From the NCBI GenBank assembly GCA_044222065.1, contig JBGAOA010000001.1, forward strand, positions 125,715-169,500: a stretch of 43,786 nt of DNA, read 5' to 3'. This DNA is from Candidatus Eiseniibacteriota bacterium (GTDB taxonomy: Bacteria > Eisenbacteria > RBG-16-71-46). Shown here piece by piece: positions 37,004 to 43,786 of this stretch. The number at the start of each line of letters is the position of its first letter. The first letter of the stretch is position 1. A model generated the notes under the pieces. That model worked only from the letters and a program-made list of their open reading frames with translations. It was not told the DNA's origin and ran no database searches. A program made the translations under genes and the position numbers.

Positions 37004-38821
37004 ATGACACGCATCGTCAACGACTTCACGATCACCGTCGCGACCGTGAACGGCTCGGGCAGCCAGACCGCGAACACGGTACTGCTGCGCGCGATCTTCC
37101 AGATGGGCATCCCGGTGAGCGGGAAGAACCTGTTCCCGTCGAACATCGCCGGCCTGCCGACGTGGTTCTCGATCCGCGCGAACAAGGACGGCTACATCGG
37201 ACGCGGCCGCGCGGCCGACATCACCGTCGTGATGAACCCCGAGACCGCGAACGACGACGTCGGCCGCGTGAAGCCGGGCGGCCTGATCGTGACGACGGAC
37301 CAGATCAAGCTGCCCGCCGTGCCGCCGGATCGCACGCTCGTGTCGGTGCCGATGGGCAAGCTGATGGAGCCGATCACGAAGGACGTGAAGCTGCGGCGGC
37401 TCGTCGTGAACATGATCTACGTCGGCGTGCTCGCCGAGCTGATCGGGATCGACGCCGACGAGATCGAGCGCGCGCTGCTCGCGCAGCTCGGCCACAAGCC
37501 GAAGGCGCTCGACCTGAACCGGCAGGCGGTTGCCGCCGGGCGCGAGTGGGCGAAGGCCAACGTCACGACGAGCGTGCCGTACGCGCTCGAGCGCATGAAC
37601 GCGACGGCGGGGAAGATCCTGATCGACGGCAACACCGCCGCGGCGCTCGGCACGATGTTCGGCGGCGTCACGGTCGTGTCGTGGTATCCGATCACGCCGT
37701 CGTCGAGCGTGATCGAGGCGCTGATCGCGAATCTCGAGAAGCACCGTCGCGATCCCGCGACGGGCCGCGCGACGTACGCCGTGATCCAGGCCGAGGACGA
37801 GATCGCCGCGATCGGCATGGTGCTCGGCGCGAGCTGGGCCGGCGCGCGCGCGATGACCGCGACGTCGGGCCCCGGGATCTCGCTCATGGCGGAATTCGCC
37901 GGCTACGGCTACTACGCCGAGATTCCGGCGGTCGTGTGGGACATCCAGCGCGTCGGGCCCTCGACGGGCCTGCCGACGCGCACGGCGCAGGGCGATCTCG
38001 CGTTCGTGCGCGCGCTGTCGCACGGCGACACGCGCCACCCGATCCTGCTGCCGAGCTCGGTCGCGGACTGCTTCGAGTTCGGCCACCGCGCGTTCGACCT
38101 CGCCGAGCGGCTGCAGACGCCGGTGTTCGTGCTGAGCGACCTCGACCTCGGCATGAACAACTGGATGAGCGATCCGTTCGCCTACCCCGACAAGCCGTGG
38201 GACCGCGGCAAGGTGCTCGACGAGGCGCAGCTCCAGTCGCTCGCGAAGTTCGAGCGCTACCGCGACGTGGACGGCGACGGCATTCCGTACCGCACGGTGC
38301 CTGGCACGAAGGACCCGCGCGCGGCGTACTTCACGCGCGGCTCGGGCCACGACGAGGCGGCGCGCTACACCGAGAACCCCGAGAGCTACATGCGCGTCAT
38401 GGAGCGGCTCAACCGCAAGTGGGAGACGGCGAAGTCGCTCGTGCCGGCGCCGGAATTCCACGAGGACGCGGGCGCCGAGATCGGCATCGTCGCCTACGGA
38501 ACGTCGCACTGGGCCGTCGTCGAAGCGCGCGACGCGCTGCGCGCTCAGGGCATTCCGTCCGCCTACGCGCTGCTGCGCGCGCTGCCGTTCGCGGACGACG
38601 TTCCGCGTTTCCTCGGCCGCTACCGCCGCATCTACGTCGTCGAGCAGAACCGCGACGCGCAGATGGCGGACGTGCTGCGGCTCGAGGCGCCCGCGGCCGC
38701 GGCGAAGATCACGCCCGTCCTCCACTGGGACGGCCTGCCCATCACCGCGCAGCACGTCGCCGACGCGATCCTCGAGCACGAGCGATCCGGCGCCGCCGTC
38801 GCGCAGGGAGCCTCGCGATGA
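37004..38821 (+). CDS. korA: 2-oxoacid:ferredoxin oxidoreductase alpha subunit (fused gamma-alpha)
   Basis: NGSGSQTAN, KNLFPSNIAGLPTW, WYPITPSS, QAEDEIAA, TATSGPG, QRVGPSTGLPT and VVEQNRDAQ. Confidence 0.93.
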   Translation: MTRIVNDFTITVATVNGSGSQTANTVLLRAIFQMGIPVSGKNLFPSNIAGLPTWFSIRANKDGYIGRGRAADITVVMNPETANDDVGRVKPGGLIVTTDQIKLPAVPPDRTLVSVPMGKLMEPITKDVKLRRLVVNMIYVGVLAELIGIDADEIERALLAQLGHKPKALDLNRQAVAAGREWAKANVTTSVPYALERMNATAGKILIDGNTAAALGTMFGGVTVVSWYPITPSSSVIEALIANLEKHRRDPATGRATYAVIQAEDEIAAIGMVLGASWAGARAMTATSGPGISLMAEFAGYGYYAEIPAVVWDIQRVGPSTGLPTRTAQGDLAFVRALSHGDTRHPILLPSSVADCFEFGHRAFDLAERLQTPVFVLSDLDLGMNNWMSDPFAYPDKPWDRGKVLDEAQLQSLAKFERYRDVDGDGIPYRTVPGTKDPRAAYFTRGSGHDEAARYTENPESYMRVMERLNRKWETAKSLVPAPEFHEDAGAEIGIVAYGTSHWAVVEARDALRAQGIPSAYALLRALPFADDVPRFLGRYRRIYVVEQNRDAQMADVLRLEAPAAAAKITPVLHWDGLPITAQHVADAILEHERSGAAVAQGASR

Positions 38822-39933
38822 ACGACATCCTCCGCGCGCGCCGCTTCATGTCCACCGAGCCGTCGGGCGAGTCCGCGACGGCGACGCTCAACCGCGTCGG
38901 TCTGCCCAAGGCCGAGTACGACGGCTCGAAGACGACGCTCTGTCCCGGTTGCGGCCACAACGCGATCACGGGCGGCATCATCCAGGCCGCCTGGGAAGCG
39001 GGGCTCGAGCCGCACCGTGTCGCGAAGCTGTCGGGCATCGGCTGCTCGAGCAAGACGCCCGCCTACTTCCTCGGCCACTCGCACGGCTTCAATGCCGTCC
39101 ACGGCCGCATGCCGAGCATCGCGACCGGGGTGCGCGCCGCGAACCGCGATCTCACGCTCATCGGCGTCTCGGGCGACGGCGACACCGCGAGCATCGGGCT
39201 CGGCCAGTTCATGCACCTCGTCCGCCGCAACGTGCCGGTCGTGTACATCGTCGAGAACAACGGCGTGTACGGACTCACGAAGGGGCAGTTCTCCGCGACC
39301 GCCGACGTCGGCAGCACGCAGAAGAGCGGGAAGGTGAACGAACTGATGCCGATCGACCTGTGCGCGATGGCGATCGAACTCGGCTGCGGATTCGTCGCGC
39401 GCTCGTTCAGCGGCGACCAGAAGCAGCTGCGCCCGCTCCTGAAGGCCGCGTTCGCGCACCACGGCACGGCGGTGCTCGACGTCATCAGCCCGTGCGTGAC
39501 GTTCGCCGACCACGTCGGCTCGACGAAGAGCTACGCCGCGGTGAAGGAGCACGACGCGCCGCTGCACGACATCGAGTTCGTGCCGTACTTCGAGGACATC
39601 GCGGTGGACTACGAGCCCGGCACGACCCGCGAGGTCGAGATGCCGGACGGCTCGTACATCTACCTGAAGAAGCTGCACGAGGACTACGACCCGACGAGCC
39701 GCGAACGCGCGCTCGACCTGATCCACGAGGCGCAGCGCGAGCGCAAGATGATCACCGGGCTCCTGTACGTGAATCCGCAGGACGTGCCGTTCGAGGAAGA
39801 GATGAAGCTCGTGGAGGAGCCGCTCGTCTCGCTGCCGCTCGAGCGAGTGCGGCCGCCGAAGAGCGTGCTCGAACAGATCATGGAGCAGATGCGCACGGGC
39901 CGCGGCCTCGAGGCGGCGGGCGGCGGGGGATGA
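38818..39933 (+). CDS. korB: 2-oxoacid:ferredoxin oxidoreductase beta subunit (TPP-binding)
   Basis: ATGA overlap with the alpha subunit (alternative start 38848). LCPGCGH, SGIGCSSK, HGR, SGDGD...NNGVYGLTKGQ and SPCVTF. Confidence 0.93.
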   Translation: MNDILRARRFMSTEPSGESATATLNRVGLPKAEYDGSKTTLCPGCGHNAITGGIIQAAWEAGLEPHRVAKLSGIGCSSKTPAYFLGHSHGFNAVHGRMPSIATGVRAANRDLTLIGVSGDGDTASIGLGQFMHLVRRNVPVVYIVENNGVYGLTKGQFSATADVGSTQKSGKVNELMPIDLCAMAIELGCGFVARSFSGDQKQLRPLLKAAFAHHGTAVLDVISPCVTFADHVGSTKSYAAVKEHDAPLHDIEFVPYFEDIAVDYEPGTTREVEMPDGSYIYLKKLHEDYDPTSRERALDLIHEAQRERKMITGLLYVNPQDVPFEEEMKLVEEPLVSLPLERVRPPKSVLEQIMEQMRTGRGLEAAGGGG

Positions 39934-39951
39934 GCGGCGCGGCGCCGTGCG

Positions 39952-40347
39952 CTACGGCGTGAGGTCGAACGCTGGCGCGAGCGCACGTCGCGCCTCGTCG
40001 ATCCGGTCCTCGCGCACGAGCACGAGATCGGTGTCGAACGTCGAGAGCGCGAGGATCGGAATGCCGGCGGCGGCGAGCGGGGCGGAGAGCGAGGCGAGGA
40101 TGCCGACGGCGTCGAACGGCAGCGGGCCCGCGACGGCGAAGGCGCGGAAGCCGCGCTCCACGCGCGACACCGCGGGCGGCACGTCGTCCTCCGGGCACAC
40201 GATCGACAGTTCGTCCGGCGTGCGCGTGACGCTCCACAGCGTCGCGCTCTCGTGCAGAAGCCAGGCCGGGAACGGCGCGTCGGGGGCGAGGCGGCAGACG
40301 GCGAGCCGGTCGTCGAGGAGTCGAAGCGCGAGTCGGGCGTGCGTCAC
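39952..40347 (-). CDS. ACT-domain protein (ACT_7/CASTOR-like, 131 aa)
   Basis: SVTRTPDELSIVC, GPLPFDAVGILASL and LSTFDTDLVLV. Confidence 0.88.
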   Translation of the reverse strand: MTHARLALRLLDDRLAVCRLAPDAPFPAWLLHESATLWSVTRTPDELSIVCPEDDVPPAVSRVERGFRAFAVAGPLPFDAVGILASLSAPLAAAGIPILALSTFDTDLVLVREDRIDEARRALAPAFDLTP

Positions 40348-40372
40348 GGTCGGGACCGCGGGCGTGGGCCGG

Positions 40373-40582
40373 TCAGCCCACGAGGATCGTGCCGTCGTCG
40401 TCCTCCACGACGATCGCGCGGCACGGGCAGGCTTCGGCGGCCTCGATCACGGTCTCGCGCGGCGCGGCTTCCGCGTCGAGCACCGTGCTCTTCTGCTTGC
40501 TGTCGAGCGCGAACACGGCAGGCGCGATTTCCGCGCACTGTCCATTGCCACAGCACTCGTTTCGGAGGATGCGTAGGTTCAT
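40373..40582 (-). CDS. Small single-cluster ferredoxin, likely [3Fe-4S]-type (69 aa)
   Basis: MNLRILRNECCGNGQCAEIAPAVF...AAEACPCRAI matches C-x2-N-x2-C...CP. Confidence 0.9.
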   Translation of the reverse strand: MNLRILRNECCGNGQCAEIAPAVFALDSKQKSTVLDAEAAPRETVIEAAEACPCRAIVVEDDDGTILVG

Positions 40583-40690
40583 GGTCGGTCGCACGCTCGG
40601 ACGAGCGGCGGCCCATCCAAGCAGATCGATAGGGGTGGGGCAAGCACTCGCTCGCGCGCCGACGCGCGACGACACCGTTCGGAGGACGAC

Positions 40691-41344
40691 ATGCCGGTTC
40701 GCAAGGTAGGAGTGCTGGGTTCGGGAAGCGTCGGTGAAGCGCTCGCCAACGGCTTCCTTCGTCACGGCTACGAAGTCACGCGCGGGTCGCGCGATCCGCG
40801 CAAGCTCGATGCGTGGCGCACGAGCGCCGGAGAGCGCGCCGCGAGCGGATCGTTCGCCGACGCGGCGCGCGCGGCCGACCTCGTCGTGCTCGCGGTGAAG
40901 GGCACGGCGGCCGAAGACGCGGTGCGGCTCGCCGGAACGTCGAACCTCGCGGGCAAGATCGTCGTGGACGCGACGAACCCGATCGCGGAGGTCGCGCCGA
41001 CGAACGGCGTGCTGCACTTCTTCACGACGCTCGAGGACTCGCTCATGGAGCGCCTGCAGCGGCTGTGTCCCGACGCGCGGTTCGTGAAGGCGTTCTCGTC
41101 GGTCGGCAACGCGCTCATGGTCAATCCCGATTTCGGCGGCGTGAAGCCGACGATGTTCATCTGCGGAAACGACGCCGAGGCGAAGCGCGAGGTGACGGCG
41201 ATCCTCGAGCGCTTCGGCTGGGAGGCCGAGGACTGCGGCGGCGCCGAGGGCGCGCGCGCGATCGAGCCGTTGTGCATGCTGTGGTGCATTCCGGGGTTCG
41301 CGCGCAACGAGTGGACACACGCGTTCAAGCTGCTGCGGAAGTAG
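40691..41344 (+). CDS. NADP oxidoreductase of the F420-dependent (F420_oxidored) family (217 aa)
   Basis: Rossmann motif VGVLGSGSVG, GSR, VVLAVK, KIVVDATNP, VKAF and ARAIEP. SD GGAGGA. Confidence 0.85.
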   Translation: MPVRKVGVLGSGSVGEALANGFLRHGYEVTRGSRDPRKLDAWRTSAGERAASGSFADAARAADLVVLAVKGTAAEDAVRLAGTSNLAGKIVVDATNPIAEVAPTNGVLHFFTTLEDSLMERLQRLCPDARFVKAFSSVGNALMVNPDFGGVKPTMFICGNDAEAKREVTAILERFGWEAEDCGGAEGARAIEPLCMLWCIPGFARNEWTHAFKLLRK

Positions 41345-41398
41345 CGGCGACGCGCGTGCTAGATTGCGCGCGACGAACCCACTTTCCGGAGACTCCGC

Positions 41399-42769
41399 AT
41401 GGATCCCATCGCCCGCTATCTCGACGACCATCGCGAGCAGCACCTCGACGACCTGAAGGCCGTGCTCCGCATTCCGAGCGTGAGCGCGCAGCCCGAGCAC
41501 AAGGACGACTGCGCGCGCTGCGCGCGACACGTCGCCGAAGACCTGAAGCGCGCCGGCATGACGAAGGCCGAAGTGCTCGAGACCGGCGGCCACCCGATCG
41601 TGTACGCGGAGTGGCTCGGCGCCCCGGGCAAGCCGACCGTGCTGCTGTACGGCCACTACGACGTCCAGCCGCCCGATCCGCTCGACCAGTGGAAGTCGAA
41701 GCCGTTCGAGCCCGTCGTGCGCGACGGCGGCCTGTACGCGCGCGGCGCCGTGGACGACAAGGGCCAGGTCTACATGCACCTGAAGGCCGTCGAGGCGCAC
41801 ATGAAGGTGAACGGCGCGCTGCCCGTGAACCTGAAGGTGATGATCGAGGGCGAGGAAGAGAGCGGCAGCGAGTCGCTCGATCCGTTCATCGCGGCGAACA
41901 AGCAGAAGCTCGCCGCCGACGTGATCGTCGTGAGCGACACGGGCATGCTCGGCCCCGACCTGCCCGCGCTCACGTACGGTCTGCGCGGAATCCTCTACAC
42001 GCAGGTCGAGGTGTACGCTTCGCCGCAGGACCTGCACTCGGGGCACTGGGGCGGCACGGTCCAGAACCCGTGCAACGCGCTCGCGTCGATCATCGCGGGG
42101 CTCAAGGACGCGGACGGGCGCATCACCGTGCCGGGCTTCTACTCGAAGGTGCGGCCGCTCGGCGAGCGCGAGCGCGAACTCATGCGTTCGTCGCCGTTCG
42201 ACGAGAAGGGCTTCCTGGGCGCCGCCGGCGCGACCGAGAGCTACGGCGAGAAGGGCTACTCGACACTCGAGCGCAAGGGCGCGCGCCCGACGCTCGACGT
42301 GAACGGGATCTGGGGCGGCTACCAGGGCGAGGGCGGCAAGACGATCATCCCCGCGTGGGGCAAGGCGAAGATCAGCATGCGCCTCGTGCCCGACCAGGAC
42401 CCGACCGAGCTGTTCGCCGCGTTCGAGGCGCACGTGAACTCGCTCGCGCCTCCCGGCGTGCGCGTGAAGGTGCTCGACCTGCACGGCGGCACGCCGTGGG
42501 TGATGGACCCCGAGCACCCGATGCTTCAGAGCGCGCGCCGCGCGCTCGCCCGCGCGTGGCCGAAGCCGGCCGCGATGCTGCGGGAAGGCGGCTCGATCCC
42601 GGTGATGGCGACGTTCCAGAAGCACCTCGGGCTGCCCTGCATCCTGATGGGCTTCGGCCTCGACGACGACAACGTGCACTCGCCGAACGAGAAGTTCTCG
42701 CTGACCTCCTACTACGGTGGCGCGAAGAGCGCCGCGTACCTGTACGAGGAGCTGGCGAAGAACGCCTGA
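41399..42769 (+). CDS. M20 family metallo-dipeptidase (456 aa)
   Basis: YGHYDVQP, ARGAVDDKGQ, EGEEESGS, DLHSG, GGSIP and HSPNEK. SD GGAGA; extended -10 TGCTAGATT at 41357-41365. Confidence 0.93.
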   Translation: MDPIARYLDDHREQHLDDLKAVLRIPSVSAQPEHKDDCARCARHVAEDLKRAGMTKAEVLETGGHPIVYAEWLGAPGKPTVLLYGHYDVQPPDPLDQWKSKPFEPVVRDGGLYARGAVDDKGQVYMHLKAVEAHMKVNGALPVNLKVMIEGEEESGSESLDPFIAANKQKLAADVIVVSDTGMLGPDLPALTYGLRGILYTQVEVYASPQDLHSGHWGGTVQNPCNALASIIAGLKDADGRITVPGFYSKVRPLGERERELMRSSPFDEKGFLGAAGATESYGEKGYSTLERKGARPTLDVNGIWGGYQGEGGKTIIPAWGKAKISMRLVPDQDPTELFAAFEAHVNSLAPPGVRVKVLDLHGGTPWVMDPEHPMLQSARRALARAWPKPAAMLREGGSIPVMATFQKHLGLPCILMGFGLDDDNVHSPNEKFSLTSYYGGAKSAAYLYEELAKNA

Positions 42770-42804
42770 AAGAGGCGTCGTCCCGACCGGCGCGCGGCCG
42801 CCCG

Positions 42805-42840
42805 AGCCGCGCGCCGCGTGACGCCGGGCGGCGCGCGGCT
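42805..42840. terminator. 13-bp GC hairpin downstream of the dipeptidase gene
   Basis: AGCCGCGCGCCGC-N10-GCGGCGCGCGGCT; no U-tract, and it abuts the next -10 element. Confidence 0.4.
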
Positions 42841-42858
42841 GGTATGCTTCCCGCCCCC

Positions 42859-43786
42859 ATGACACGCACCCCCGCGCCCCCGATGCGCTGGCTCTCCGCC
42901 GCGCTCCTCCTGCTCGCGCTCGCCGCCTTCGGCGCGCCCGCGCACGCCGGACTGTCCGACCGGAAGGAACTCGTCGTGCGCGGCGTCGTGCGCGACGCCG
43001 CGGGCGCGGCGGTCGCGGGCGCCGAAGTCGCCGCGAGCGGACCCGGCGGCGCCCTCACGCTCACGAACGACGAAGGGCGTTACACGCTCGTGCTCGATGC
43101 GGGCTCGGTCGGGGAGTGGCGCCGGCATCCCGCGCACTTCACGATCGAAGCGCGGCGGCGCGGTTCGCGGCTGCCGCTCGCCGCTGGCGCGCCGCGCCTC
43201 GAGATCGATCTGCGCGCGACCTCCGACGACGACGACGCGCGGCCCGCGATCCTTTGCAACGTTCCCGACCTCGAGCGCGCGCTGCGCGAGCAGTTCGACG
43301 TCGAGGGTCCGTCCGGCGTCGTGATCGAAGTGGACTTCGGCCGCGCCACCACCGCCGCGCCGAAGCCCGACGACGTCGCAACGACGCGGACCTCGCCGAA
43401 GTCCGCGGCGGCGGCGAAGGCCACCGCGCCGGAGCGCACGCCGAACCTCGCGAAGCCGCAGGCTCCGAACGCCGCGCCGAAGTCCGCGCCGAACGAGACG
43501 CCGAAGCCCGCGCCCGCGACGCCCGCGCCCGCGCGGCCGACGGCGGCGCGTGAGTCGGCCCCGCGCACGGACGCCGTCGCGCGGCCCGCGCCCCCGGCGC
43601 CCGCGACGCCGCCGCCGGTCGAGCCGCTGCGGCGCGAGGGCGACGTGAGCGCGCTCGAGGTGCTCGAGCAGGTGAAGCGCTTCGGCAGCCTGACCGCCGC
43701 GGAGCGCTATGCCGACAGCGTGCGCGTCGAGGCGCGCGAGCGCGCGCACCGCGAGGCGCTCGCGCGCCGTGCGGCCGAGCGCGACG
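42859..43786 (+). CDS. Secreted protein with a carboxypeptidase-regulatory-like beta-sandwich and Pro/Ala-rich linker; 3' truncated and absent from the ORF track
   Basis: Own translation: MTRTPAPPMRWLSAALLLLALAAFGAPAHA|GLSDRKELVVRGVVRDAAGAAVAGAEV...TNDEGRYTL..., then a P/A/K/T-rich stretch. The frame is open to the window end. Extended -10 TGGTATGCT at 42840-42848. Confidence 0.8.
   Translation, partial: MTRTPAPPMRWLSAALLLLALAAFGAPAHAGLSDRKELVVRGVVRDAAGAAVAGAEVAASGPGGALTLTNDEGRYTLVLDAGSVGEWRRHPAHFTIEARRRGSRLPLAAGAPRLEIDLRATSDDDDARPAILCNVPDLERALREQFDVEGPSGVVIEVDFGRATTAAPKPDDVATTRTSPKSAAAAKATAPERTPNLAKPQAPNAAPKSAPNETPKPAPATPAPARPTAARESAPRTDAVARPAPPAPATPPPVEPLRREGDVSALEVLEQVKRFGSLTAAERYADSVRVEARERAHREALARRAAERD

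Noticed and set aside
37162..38817. N-terminal part of the 923-aa ORF 37162..39933
   Set aside because: It is an off-frame overlap with korA. KorB motifs start only after ATG 38818.
40583..42865. 830-aa minus-strand ORF ending in a ferredoxin
   Set aside because: Only the last 69 codons look coding; the remainder is antisense to the oxidoreductase and dipeptidase genes.

Overview
This is a very GC-rich bacterial chromosomal window. Paired signal peptides and FlgD-Ig/T9SS-type-A-like C-terminal domains suggest an FCB-associated diderm such as Ca. Eisenbacteria (inference). Bases 1-20.2 kb hold an operon-like run of large secreted proteins: a 5'-truncated S8 protease with FG-GAP and FN3 domains, then three paralogous ~1,920-aa proteins that each carry three 7-bladed FG-GAP (integrin-alpha-like) propellers. 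The first paralogue is split by a probably artefactual 68-bp duplication. Next come a small outer-membrane beta-barrel gene, guaB and a cytoplasmic PAS-PAS hybrid kinase with HPt. The most unusual part is 26.1-32.5 kb. Back-to-back sigma54-type promoter motifs face a Tyr-rich hypothetical gene on one side. On the other side is a translationally coupled three-gene chemosensory-like cassette whose MCP tip, CheA HPt/kinase core and HD-GYP-like output all look catalytically degenerate, while both receiver domains look intact. The rest is an NTase-like/TPM/LemA operon, a ferredoxin-centred redox cluster (FNR, frameshifted DinB, korAB, ACT protein, ferredoxin, F420-oxidoreductase-like protein), an M20 dipeptidase and a 3'-truncated secreted protein. 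No rRNA, tRNA, CRISPR array or mobile element was seen. All family assignments come from motif recognition by eye, without database searches.
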